Assembly: GCA_964304625.1 (NCBI GenBank)
Contig: OZ199838.1
Coordinates: 150,148 to 214,147 of the forward strand
DNA from: Kudoa neothunni
Lineage: Eukaryota; Animalia; Cnidaria
Direction: 5' to 3'
DNA length: 64,000 nucleotides
Made by a program: the position numbers and the translations under genes. Below, piece by piece: positions 45,394 through 58,137 of the stretch; position 1 is the first letter of the stretch; each line of letters begins with the position of its first letter. Below the pieces are notes generated by a model. The model worked only from the letters and a program-made list of their open reading frames with translations. It was not told the origin of the DNA and searched no databases.

Positions 45394-47097
45394 CTTATTT
45401 CTCCGAATTATCCAAGCCACACAGATATCCAATGATAATTAAATTTTTATCGATTAATAACGAGGACATATATAAAATACATTTATCGTCATATCTTTAG
45501 TATTTGAAATCGTTATCCAACGATATATTTAATTAATAATTTATCTCAAAAAAATGTGTAAACGGAGAATAATTGTGGGTTTATTATTAAACAGATAAAA
45601 AATTTTAATTAGATATCTTACAACAGTGTTGTGATCATTATTTACTGAAATCTGACAACGAGCTATATAATTTATCGTCAACTGAATTATTTCTAATTTT
45701 ATCATATAATCTATTGACTCTATACTTTGATATTAGGTTAGATAAGATACCATTTACAATACATTATTAATGGCAGTTTAATTAATCAAAATGACGTGGT
45801 GGTTTTGTTTATATCTAATTTTATCAACTAATATAATAAACATTAAATCGATAGATGAATGATTATCAATAACGATTAGATATTATTATAGCATAAAAAG
45901 CAAATGTGTTTATCATAAATTTTACATATAATGAGAATATATATGTAAACATAACTCCAAAACAACTAAATATTATAAAAATTTTAATAGAAGAATTAAT
46001 ACAATTTAACGAGTCAACATGAATTCACACAAAATATTTATTTAATTGTTTATTATTAGTTATTTATCTATTAATGCAGAATCACAATTTTTCTTTGTAG
46101 TCTGTGAAGAGTTTATGAGAATTATGATAATTTTTTTGAATAGATTAATTGTATTTCAAGGTCGACATTCAAAAGTGTTCAATTAATGCATGATTACCGT
46201 ATATTTTCACTTTTTTCAGATAATATGGAAACCTCTCTAATTAATAATAAAATTACTATCGCGTTTAACATGTTTTGAGATAAAAATATGAATATTCTGA
46301 ATAAGAGCGAACATTTTAATCATATAAAAATTAAATAAGGTATTTTAAGGAGTAAATAATGTACCACAGTTATTGGCCACATGGAAATAATCATTAAATT
46401 AAAATTATTAATAAAATAACCAATACTGTAAGGATCATATGTGGGATTTATGATTCTAAATATGATCGAATCTACAGTGGGTAGCGTAGTCAATAAAATC
46501 AAAAACCAACATAAATAGGGCATTGATAATAACTGATAAGCTGATTGACAAAATTAAAATTTTTAAGGATAAACTACTAAAATCAGATGAGAGCGTTTTT
46601 AACGCTATCTCCAAGTATCCTGTCTTAATAAAATTATTTCTAATTCAATGCAGACATTTTTTGTTAGTTCATATCGTTTGCAAATGATTATATCTTGATC
46701 GTAAAATACCATATATATATAGAATATTGAGAAAAGTAAATAAAATAAAGTAGATTATGATTATGATTATATTATAGATCAACTTCTCCGGTGCATAAGG
46801 GAATATTATAAGCAGAGGGGGTCAAATGGAATTATGTGGAGAAGAATACTTCCAAAAATTCAATTAATTATTTTCTTAATGTTTCGCCCATTTTCAAGTG
46901 TTATTAGGTTAGTATAGAAACACGTAAAATTCATTCTTTTTAAGTATATGTTAATACGCATGCGTATCATACCTATTTGGGGGAATTTGCGTGCCGTAAA
47001 CTCCGTAGAATCACTTATATAGTGCTATCACATCATAGGGTAGTAAACAACGCCAACCAGCGAATCAATTCGTTATCTTAAGTTAAGTGGATTAAAA

Positions 47098-47986
47098 ATG
47101 GGGATGTTCAAACAAAAACCGACTGTTATGCAGCAAGTCCGTTGATTCATCTAGATAAAGTTTGAATTAAAATAGTTGACTGAACAATGCAGAAGAATTC
47201 GATCAGAGATACGCAGCATAGACCGAGTTATTGCAAGTATTTGTTGAAGTGTTATGGCTGATCGAATGTTTTGATAAGGAACGCAGAGCGAACAGAAAAA
47301 GATAGAGATCGAACTGAAAAGGGCTTCAAGAAGTAACGACAAGGAGGTAGTTCGCATTCTGGCGAAATCGCTTGTTACATCTCGTCGTCATGTGTCAAAA
47401 ATGTTCACAACCAAAGCTCAAATGTCATCATTGGAAATGCAATTGAAAGAAAATATGGGTAGATTGTTTTAGGTGTGATAGGTTTCAAATAAAAGTACAG
47501 CCCAAGCAAAAATCACCAACTCAATCAAATGTAGTTCTGAGGTGGTTAGGATAATGAATTCGTTGGTGAATATTCCAGAAGTGCATAAAACTATGACAGA
47601 AATGTCGAATGAGATGATGAAAATGGGCATGATTGAGGAAATGATGACTGACACGATTGAGTCGGTGATGCAGGTCGAAGATGAAGATGAAGAAATTGAA
47701 AGCCAAGTGAATTCAGTGATGAACGAGATCCTTTTGGGTGAGAAAAAATGTTGCAATAACGCCTATTTGATGAATATTATGTTTAGCTGCCAAAAATGCT
47801 GCAGTGGCTACGAGACCAATTGCAGTAAGGCCAAAAATTTCCGATGATGTAAATCAAATCATCATTTTTCCTTATTATATTTTCCTTTTTTAGAAATTGA
47901 CCCCCTCCACCGTTCAAAATGTTACTAGTAAATCTACCAAGGAGGATAACGATGAGGAAAGACTACGTCAATTGTTGACTAAATAA
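47098..47986 (+). CDS. CHMP3: Charged multivesicular body protein 3 (Vps24, ESCRT-III)
   Basis: MGMFKQKP..RRIRSEIRSIDR..RILAKSLVTSRRHVSKMFTTKAQMSS..SSEVVRIMNSLVNIPEVHKTMTEMSNEMMKMGMIEEMMTDT; short GT-AG introns. Confidence 0.92.
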
Positions 47987-48629
47987 ATTTTTTTAATTTT
48001 TTATTGATTAACATTGAAATTGTAAATTTTGTCTCGATTTTTGTAACTAAACCACTTTCTCATCAATCATCAATGCCAAAAATTGTTCCATTTCCTTTTT
48101 ATTATTTTTTATTATACACAATCACAAAACCCTAAAAATCATTCTTTATAAATAGATCATGGTCGCATGCGGCAATTTTACTTAATTTACTTTTGTGTCC
48201 CGTTTTTATTTGGAGGATGTATATTTTTCAACTGCTTAGACGATAAATAGTGCATGTCGTTCTTTATCAAGCAGTCCTTAATGAAAAGGTTTTTATATAA
48301 TTTATAAATTAAATCTTAATAAAACTAGCCAATTTTATGGATTAATTGACGACTAATTTACTTAGTGTATATTGAGTTATTTGTAAAATCATATAAAGTA
48401 TTTTCCGTTACAAATATTTTATTATAATTATCTTATATAAATTTTTAGGAGTATCAAAACTAACTTTAATTCAATGTACATATAGAAAAAACACAGTTCG
48501 AATCATCGGATGCAATCGACAAATATCGAGAATGCAGTACTCTAGATTTTTCCCCTATCTATACGATAGAAATTATTTTTAATTAAAAAATATTGATCGA
48601 TCAGATTTTTTTAATAGAAATAAACAATA

Positions 48630-48945
48630 AAAAGTAGGGTCTATTGAAACCTAAAGACAACCTGATGCTGATGACGTGATGTATAAGAAATTTGGCGTGT
48701 TAAGCAATTCCGGATCACACATTGTGGATTTGGCACCCACGTTTATCTTTTGGTATTATTAGACGGTGAGGGATTATGAGGTGTCGGCCGAGGTGGCGAA
48801 CAATAAGAAATTAGTTAAATAATGTAATCATAATGTTGTGTCAAAGATAAAATACCCACAAGGAAGAAAGAAGAAAGAAATATCACGCAACATTGTGACA
48901 CTTGTCGTAATGAAAAACGACATGTTTTGAAACATTTAACCATGC
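48630..48945 (+). mobile_element. piggyBac relic (C-terminal zinc-ribbon remnant)
   Basis: RNITQHCDTCRNEK/TCFETFNH across a frameshift resembles the PGBD4-type C-x2-C...CF..H tail; an AGGGTC..AACCT palindrome-like motif lies at about 48636. Confidence 0.4.
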
Positions 48946-49434
48946 CGAAGATAATAAGACGATGATGTGATTAGAAATAGATTAGGTATTACACATTCAC
49001 CTTGGGTAGTATTAGATCTAATTAGATAAATTGATTATCGAGTGCATTTGTTAACCACTTTTATTGTGACACATGATATTTATAGTAAAAATATACACTT
49101 TCCAACCCAGAATAAATTACCACAAATATAATCCTTCAAATTACGAGCTTAAGATAACTACTCGATATAAATATTTGGTTTATAGAGTTTAAAAGAGATT
49201 ATTCGATCAAGAGGAGTGTTTCCATTAAAAAAATATAACAGAAAACTTAAAATTAAATCCAACTACTTGGCATTATTTTGATTCTATATCACATTTTAAC
49301 TGAGTGATATTATATATTTTAGTAATTTTGCTTGGTAATTGTCTAAACGTGTTAGGTTGTACTGCTTCGATTAAATAAGGAATGCTGTGTCGTTAACCCA
49401 CGCTAATCTCTTCGGCGATCTATTTATCAACACG

Positions 49435-52191
49435 ATGGAGTCAGTGGAATCTCTAGCAGAGAAATTGAAGCAGGCGGTCACTCTCGGTAATTCTCCATAT
49501 TAATATTGCTCAGTTTTTGAGGCGGAATGAGATACTGTTTTCAGCGTTGGTAATTATCGTGGATTATGCCCTTGTTTCTTTGATTACCTAATTATCGTAT
49601 CGGCACCGAGTTTTTTTGTGTTCTAATGCTCAATTTCTTCTCATTCTAACATTCTGTTGGTATTTGGTCTGTCATTTGTAAATATGCAAGACACAACGCT
49701 TAACAACTTAACTTTCGTATAAACAAATCACATGGGATATAAACACAAGCGCATGACACTCTAAAATTTTTGTGCCTAATATTTGATGGAAATGATGACT
49801 AGAATATTTTCATCAGTTAAGGCCACATGTTCACAAAATTATTTTTATAAAATGAGACATTGCACAAATCGCTTTCAGCAATATCGTTTCTCTTATACTT
49901 CAAGTGATCTACGACGCTTTATTCTCACTAATATCAAAATTTCCACGTTAAATAATGCCGAATTTAAAGCTGACAAATTATATTTTAAAAATAGTTAATT
50001 CGTATTATTTTTACATAGGTAAAAAAGCGGTGTTTGTCAGCGATAAACATGGAGATGACAACGCTGGGGAAGGCACCCAGAGTAAGCCGTACAAAACAAT
50101 GGAGAAATATCTCAGCATTTTCGGTGAGCCTGACAACCAAACTCTATTTTTTGTGGACTCCGAAAATGAGTCTGAGAAGTACATGGAAATTCCAAAAACT
50201 CGACTAAAGAAATTAATTAAACAATACAACTTGGAGCGCCAAAAGGCTCAGAAAGCATCTAAAATGAGTGTATTTATTGTCGTGTGGTTGAAGAATAAGT
50301 GTACAATCGTGTAATAGGCTGAGATGGAAGCTCAACGCGAAAAAAATATTGAAGAAGCTCGAAAAATTAAGGTTGAAATGGATAGCTCGCTACCAACCCC
50401 TAAACAAGTGATATCAAGAATAACCTAATTTACATGTCAATCTTATCTGTAGGTCAAAATACGCGAGTGCAAATCCCACAGAAATGAACGTATCAAAGTG
50501 TATGGATGGGTTCAATCGATTAGAACACAAGGTATTTGATGTTGGTACGATTGATCGTCTCATCCAATTTTTACAGGTAAGGCATTGATGTTTGTGACGA
50601 TTCGAGATGGTACCGGACTATTGCAATGCGTGATGTCAGATTTGCTTGCACAAATCTATGAAGCAGTGGTGTTGTCACTGGAGTCAACCGTCTGTGTGTA
50701 TGGTACATTGAAAGAGGTTCCTGTCGGCAAAACGGCTCCTAATCAACATGAACTTATTGTCGACTATTGGGAGATTGTTCAACTTGCACCCAGTGAGTTG
50801 CCGGTCAACATCAACTCCAACCCTGACACTCAACTTGATCAACGTCATTTGCTTCTCCGACATAAAACAGTCCATATTGTTTATTCAGGCACAGTCTAAT
50901 ATGCATTTGTTGTAGTATTTTCAAATTATGAAAGTTCGCAGTCGACTTCTACAATGGTAGTGCTTTTGGTCGATTATGCGGTTGGATGGATGATTGGTTT
51001 TTAGTTTCCGAGATTATTATTTTAATAACGGCTACGCTGAAATCACCCCACCTACTCTTGTTCAAACCCAATGTGAAGGAGGTTCCACATTGTTCAAATT
51101 TGATTATTTTGGTGCTGATGTATGATTCTGTGATGGTTGCGAGTTGATGTAGTATAATGCGGTGGTAGGCATTCCTCACCCAATCGTCTCAACTCTATTT
51201 GGAAACTGTTATTCCCGTGCTTGGGGATTCCTTCTGTATTGCACAGTCCTACAGAGCTGAACAATCCAAAACTAGAAGACACATTGCTGAGTATGCTGAT
51301 TATTTTATCTTCCGAATTTTTATCTGTTTTTATCGATCCACCGCCATCATCACATAGATACACACATGTAGAAGCTGAACGTCCGTTTATTAGTTTTGAT
51401 GACCTTTTGGACACGTTGGAAGATCTTGTAGAATTGTGGGAATGGCTTCGTGTTTTTATTGGTTCGTTAGATTGTTGAAGTGCTCTCAGGATTGATGAAA
51501 ACCCCAGAAAGCGAGATGGTTCTCCAATTGAACCCCAACTTCCAGGTTCCTCAAAAACCTTTTGTTCGTATGAACTACTCAGATGCAATCGATTATTTGA
51601 GACAACACAACATCACCAAGGATGATGGTTCGATGTATGAATTCGGTGATGATATTCCCGAAGCCCCTGAACGTCAGATGACCGATCAAATTGGAAAGGT
51701 TCTCTTAGTTTTAAATATTTCAATTTTTATTGAATTTACATAGCCGATTTTGTTGTGTCGATTCCCAGCTGACATCAAATCCTTCTACATCAGTAGATGT
51801 GCTGAAAATAACAATCTGACCGAATCAGTATTCCATTGCTAGAATTGATTTGTCGACAACTTGTTCACTCACACTCATAGGTCGATCTGTTGGTTCCAGG
51901 AGTTGGTGAAGTCATTGGTGGTTCCATGAGAATTTGGGATTACAAGGAGTTGGATGACGCTTACAAACACGAAGGAATCGACCCTTCCCCCTACTATTGG
52001 TACACCGACCAAGTGAACAAATAGTTTTGTTTTTCGATGCTTGAACTATTTTACTCCAGAGAAACTACGGTTCTTGTCCTCACGGAGGTTATGGACTCGG
52101 TCTGGAACGTATGCTCACATGGATTCTCAATCGTTATCACATTCGCGACGTTTGTCTCTACCCTCGATTTGTTGGCAGATGCACACCATAA
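49435..52191 (+). CDS. NARS1: Asparagine--tRNA ligase, cytoplasmic (multi-exon)
   Basis: [113 protein letters not shown]; all introns GT-AG and in frame. Confidence 0.98.
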
Positions 52192-53089
52192 TGCATCATT
52201 GCAACTCGCTCATATATGAGCTTAAATTAAATTTAAAACTATTAAATTGATTAGTTTGACATTTTCCTTTGACGCTCATTGGAATCTCTCGCTTGATTAT
52301 ATAATGCAGTCAACAATGCTTTTTGTGTATCGTGTATTCTGTAGGTGGATATGGCGCACTCTTTGTTTGATGTCATTATTTTATCATTTTATAAAGCTTA
52401 ATTATATCTTTTATGTCTTTAAGATATTGAATGAACATTTTCAATTATTTAAAGATAATTTTTTACAAATACCAGAAAATGAATATTGCGAACTTATTTA
52501 TCTTTCACTAAAATTCAGTCTCCACATAGGGGTTTTCGATGGATATTACTCGTTAATTTTAGTCAACATATCATTGAAAATTAAAGTTTGTTATAGTTTG
52601 GTGATTCTTATTTTAGAGAGGTTGAACGAATTTAAACGTTGATATCTACGTTTTTCAATTTTTGTATTAATACAAATGATTCGGGGTTAATTTATTAAAC
52701 AACAAAAATCGAACTAGTAGTTAATGAAGAAATACGGAAATATTTTATAATTATACATTTTATCTACATATATAAATTTATGCTGCCTCTGTTGGCCCGG
52801 TAGATAAGTTTTGATTGTTTTGTCTTTTTTGCACTATGAGAAGTAAATTCGATTGTCACATTACAACGTTTAAAAACATACATTTAATGTTAATCGTTCC
52901 AGTTGGGAAGTATTACGGATACAGCTTGATTATGCTATTCAGGTTTTATGTTTTTATTTTACATTGTACTGTGATATTTTTCGTGGAAATTTACGAAGAA
53001 ATTTACCAATTATCCATAGCATCCATATAAAACTGTAACGTTGTATTTTAAGAAACTTGCACCCAGGTTAGCGTAATTATACGTACGCA

Positions 53090-53630
53090 ATGAACAGCGT
53101 CGAAGGTGTTGTAGAAGATAGTGACGTTAACATTAAAAAGAATCTGTTGAACGTGGGTGATACGTTATCTCTTTTAGGAGTTGAAGCGGAGAATCTAACA
53201 GTTGGAATTTCAGGAAAAAAACTAATATTCTCCAATTAAATTGCAAAGTCACTGAGAGCGCTAAAAAACGACGCGATCGAATATTTTAAGGTCATGTGAA
53301 ATCATTTCCGCAATATTATTCAATGATTTAAATAATAGAGTAAATACTCTTCCTTTTGTAAGCAGCATTAGTTATTATATGGCGGAGTTGTTGAGAACTA
53401 TCGTTTTTAAATTAAATTATAAAATCTTAATATGTTTCTATAGTGATGTTACATACAGTAACGCAGGGACACCACGCATTTTTTTGGGACAAACCTTTCA
53501 GGTGCGTAGTATCCCCGCGGTGCTCATCATGCCAGATAGATAATAGTGGCGCTGGTCGAATTTTGTATTTAAAAATTACATTTTCTTTCTTATATTAATG
53601 ATAACTCGTAGATATTCAGACAAAAGTTGA
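53090..53630 (+). CDS. Probable Mediator subunit MED11-like small gene (absent from the ORF track; 3' end uncertain)
   Basis: Spliced MNSVEGVVEDSDVNIKKNLLNVGDTLSLLGVEAENLT|SLRALKNDAIEYFK|LLYGGVVENYL|MLHTVTQGHH resembles remembered MED11 (LEDIEREIGAILQNAG..LDRQAAAF..YLTQVATGQPH). Confidence 0.45.
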
Positions 53631-54720
53631 ATGTTAAACAAAAAACAATAAATATCGAATAAATACATTATAATTATTCGAAAATATGTAGATTTTTGTA
53701 AATGGCCGGCTATTTTATCATTATTTCACGCGCCATGTATTATTTTACAGACGGAAAGGTTCAATTTTGTTTTATTTTCTAACGCAGCTAAGTCATGAGA
53801 AAAAATATTTACTCATAATTTATTTAAATGCTCAATGACTTCATTATATATTGAGTTAACATATTACCTTCTGGACCTTTAAATGAAGTAATTCTTTCTA
53901 TATTAACCCGACCTCCAGTTTGATTCTTCTAGGGTTTTACTTCCAATCGAAAGGATAATGCCTCCTGATACACAATTATCAACAAGAATGATTTTTTAAA
54001 CCAGTTTTTGATTGTTTTTTTACCCACTAATTTCCACATTTCTTTCATAGTGTACACGTCATCAAGTAAATCTGGCGGATCATTATTGAAATTGTTATCA
54101 AAAATCCTAATGGAATTAACAGTAATTTTATTTATCAAATAATTCGTCAGACGATTTTTGTAAATGTATTAAACACCGTTAATAATTCCTTGATCTGATT
54201 GTTGCAATACGCTGGTTGTTTCTTGTGGGGTAAAACAGAGTTGAATATTTGAAAAAATAAAGTCTTCCTGTTAATTCAATAGGGAAGTATGAGGTCTTTT
54301 ATTTTACGGAAGCATCAAGGTTTTTCACGATTGCGAATTATTAATAAGTCTTTTTTCTGGCATCGAATAGATCATCGCAACACCTGTTACTTTCTCTTTG
54401 GATTTTTTAGAACCGCGCAAGTTTTCCTCCATTTCAAATGCATCATCATACATTAAATTTCACATAGAGATGTAAATTTAAATGATATTTTACCTTTTTT
54501 TGCTGATAAAATAGTCCAGTTTCATCAAAATAAAAAATATCTTTTTGATCATAATTTCTAATAAACTTTAAAACTTTAACAGTTGATCTTTCCAATAAGA
54601 AATTATTTCAGGAACAAGGTCCTCAAGGTGTGAATTTTATCCACGGAAAATTGATTAGAAACCAACCACCTTTTGTTTCGGATGTACGAAACACTGTTAC
54701 AAAATTCATTCCCATTAAAT
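53456..54720 (-). mobile_element. Degenerate pogo/Tigger (DDE_1) transposon
   Basis: Minus-strand fragments in canonical order: SETKGGWF, DIFYFDETGLFY, KSKEKVT, KP*CFRK, DQGII, LLDDVYTMKEMW..TIKNWFKKS. Candidate terminus TA|CAGTA at 53454-53460. Confidence 0.8.
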
Positions 54721-54964
54721 GTTCTATTTTGTTGAGCAATAATAATTAAAATATTTATCACATGATATAAACGTGAAATCTACTCAAACATTGATTTTTA
54801 ATCGAAAATTGTCATGGAGAATTTTAACGGATACGGTTTTTGTAGAATTATGGGGATTACTGCTTGGGATTCTAGTTGTTTACAGTTGAATTTAGCTTTG
54901 GGAATTTGCCAATTTTTATATTCTGAAATGAAATATTTCTTATGGTTCGAATGGAGAAATTAAA

Positions 54965-55032
54965 ATCTAGGGTTATTTTTCATCCCAAAATTCATTGGAG
55001 TGCAGTCGATTTTTAGCACATTAGAGGGTTAA
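54965..55032. mobile_element. Orphan piggyBac-type right end
   Basis: GGGTTATTTTTCATCCC subterminal palindrome followed by ..TTAGAGGG-TTAA, similar to the right TIR at 26003; no partner end found. Confidence 0.5.
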
Positions 55033-55201
55033 TAGAATTTCTTTGGAACTTAAATTAAAATTTGTAATTGCTCTATGGGGATAATAACAAATACTTTATT
55101 TAAATAGTTAATAAAATTTTTATAAATTTTTAGATATAAATATGTTAAACTGCTTTGTCAACCGACCAACTGAACTATTTGTATGTTAAACATCGTGTGA
55201 C

Positions 55202-55560
55202 CTAGCTCAATAATATTAATTTATTTAGATTAAATATAAATAAATTTTCGGACTGATATAGGTGATATTTTATTTTTGAAACTAAAGTGAAATATATTTG
55301 ATCGCTATTATTATCAGGTGAGCTTTGAGGGTCAATATAACACAAAGTTAAGTCATCAGTATATGTAAATATGAAGTTTAAATTTTTTGGAAAAATTAAT
55401 CTTTGTGAATTATTTGGATCAAAAATATAACATTTCATGAGTTTATTAATGAAAATCTTGTTGCTATACATTTCTAAATAAAGTCCTCCCACATATTCTT
55501 CAATGAAGCATAATTTATGGATATATTTGTCATTGTAATGTTAAATTTAATTTTATATCA
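55202..55560 (-). mobile_element. Probable Penelope-like reverse transcriptase fragment
   Basis: YKIKFNITM..YASL / GLYLEMYSNKIFINKL...LNFIFTYTDDL parallels PLE RT motifs (Y.Q..GIPMG...A.L.L..YE..F...FNFTFRYIDD). Confidence 0.45.
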
Positions 55561-55652
55561 ACTTAAAATAAATTTATTAAACACGCAATGCTAATATGAG
55601 GGGCCAATAGACACAGCCATAAAAAATAAAACAATATTCAATAACAACTAAA

Positions 55653-57747
55653 TTAAAGGGATTTCAGGTAGGTTGAAAAATGTTTGCACACTTGGGCCAC
55701 TTTGGTCAGCAGTTTTTCGTCAATATTTTGGAAATCAATAGTTTTAGTGGATTCCAACACTTTCTAAAAGGATATCGATTACAGCCATAAGACAACAGCT
55801 AAATACATTCAACACGTGGCTAAATCTCAAAAAAGTTTCCAAACAATCAACCATTCCATTCAAAAGTAAATCCTTATACTCAACTGCCAATGTATTTAAT
55901 GATTTCTATAGTTATGTAGAGTTCAGTACTCATTTATAACGACAAACTTTATGAGTTGTATTGAAGTTGAAGAGAATAAGTGTAGTGAATGAGACTAATG
56001 CAGCTTCAATGGAAAATAACATTATAGGTAGTTCAGGCATAGGTTCGGACTCATCCTGGAAATTATAACATTCGAACCTATTACATATGAAGAGCAATAG
56101 CTGTTTTAAATGGTGTGAATACATCTTCTCCGCCAGCGCAAAGTTATTATCGGCCTTGGTTTGAATGTACTTAAAATACTCCATTAGGTAAACTAAATTT
56201 CCGACGCCATCGCCGAGCCCATCTATTATGGATTTGCTTTTTTTGGTGACGGCAAAATTCAAGCTAATTTTATCAAATAGTTCATTATTGAAAAACCATT
56301 GAGAAATAAAATTCGTATTGTCATCGCAGGCAATCAACTCATTAATTATTCCAATAGTCTAACGGGCACGTTATAATTTTTTAAACTAAATACAGTCATA
56401 CCAACATTGTCACCTCATGGAAGTTATTATCTTCAATTTTTTTCTAAAAAACAAATATTAATCTAATATTGTATTATATTAAAACCACCCTAAACAAAAA
56501 GGTTAGGAGAGAATCCAAATAATTGTTGTTTTGTTGGCGAGATAAAGTGATAAAATCTAAGGCTACATAAATTCATAATCATATAGTTGTATTCATTACA
56601 TTTATCCGAACAAAATTGTAGATTCAATTTTAAAATATTGATCAAATGCTTGTCTTTGATGGATGAATGTATTGCCAATGTCATTGTCAAACTATTTTGT
56701 ATTTTAAAGCATAATTGACTTTAACTACTGTTAATTTAAACACCTCTTTAATAATCTGCTAGAAACTTCCATATTATCACGCTGTTTTTCTCTGAATAAA
56801 GACTACCGCCAAAAATTATAAAGTGAATTAAAAATTAAATAAATACTGAATTGACGAAAAAACAATAGAATAATATTTCATCATTAACTCGGCTGTCACT
56901 AACACTCGGTGCTCTCGTGACCAATTTTTCCAACGAATAACCCACTATAAAAACTCAAAAATATGTTTAATTATTTTTATATACTTAAATTAAGCATAGA
57001 CTCATGTAGATTAGCATCTCTAGCGATGGTTGTACAAATTTTAGTGTAATTTTCCTTTTTTTCGTTTCTCAGAAGTATACGACTTAAAATATCGTAATAC
57101 TAACATTTATCATAATTATACAATACAATAATAATAGATTATAATAATTTTATGTTGTAAGAAATACAGTTGTATTCGAATTGTCGTTGTTTATAACACT
57201 TGAAAGGTTGGAAGAATGCTCCAAATTAAAGTTTTTAGTATTTCTCATGATTAAATCTATTTATTTAACGTGAATAATTTTATTGAATTTTAAAATGATT
57301 AAATAACCAAGAAAATAATATGATTCTTCTATGTAGCCCTGAGAATTTAATGAATGATATAAATTGAGGGTTGACATCAAGATTTTCTACAGAAATACAA
57401 AAATCGCCAGACCAACTCAATCTCACTTCATATTTATACAGATGAAATTTATTGAGTTTGTCATGCAATTCTCTGTGGTAATTGTTGGAGATAAAACAAT
57501 GCACTTTCGTTGCTTCGTTGCAACACTCGGCAATTTCATTCAACGTCAATGAAGCAATATTTATTGAACCACCAAACATACTGTCATCGATAAAATATTC
57601 AAAGTGATCCACCAGCTAATATTGATATATGTTTGAGAAAGTATCGATAATGAAACAAACATTAATTTCATAGCCTTTATCTTCTACATTAGCAACTGAG
57701 CTCTACCATAAATTTAATAAATGAAATTTAACATTCTTCACTTTCAT
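55653..57747 (-). CDS. Hypothetical multi-exon protein (helical); start approximate
   Basis: Same-strand exon-like ORFs 57280-57612, 56490-56690 and 55930-56337 with GT-AG boundaries; final exon ..KVAQVCKHFSTYLKSL*. Family not recognised. Confidence 0.6.
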
Positions 57748-58137
57748 TCCGTCCTCTGAAAACACGTTCGCTTGGCGCAAAACTGGTCAAATATAGATCA
57801 CTTGTGATTCGGTTGTTTTCGACTTTTTTCGTAAAAAATATTCCCGGCAACCTAATTTATTTATTTCATATAAATAATTCAAAAAAATCAAACATCGTTA
57901 AAAATATTCATTAAATTTAAGATCAATTTTATCAGATAGATTAGGATTATTTATATCGATATAAAACGAAATCTAATTTCAATTTCGATCCTTTTCCCCA
58001 TAGATTGTATTATATTTGGAGTTATCTCTAAATCCCGTTGGTAATTCATTTATACTAACGAGTTCGGTTATTTGTATTAAATTTAAAAATACTTCGATTA
58101 AAATCGTTCAAATTTTCTGGTTATAAATATTTAAAGA

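Noticed and set aside
46955-46968. NRF1-like TACGCATGCGTA palindrome upstream of CHMP3
   Set aside because: Similar GCGCA/CGCATGCG motifs also occur inside TEs and introns; no functional evidence.
51094-51588. 164-aa antisense ORF and similar shadow ORFs (50011-50229, 47469-47756, 20841-21077, 62324-62677)
   Set aside because: They lie over exons of well-supported genes on the opposite strand and have no recognisable motifs.
55930-56337. Similarity of LVYLMEYFKYIQ to the Lines/LINS1 C-terminus
   Set aside because: A single short amphipathic match; insufficient for assignment.
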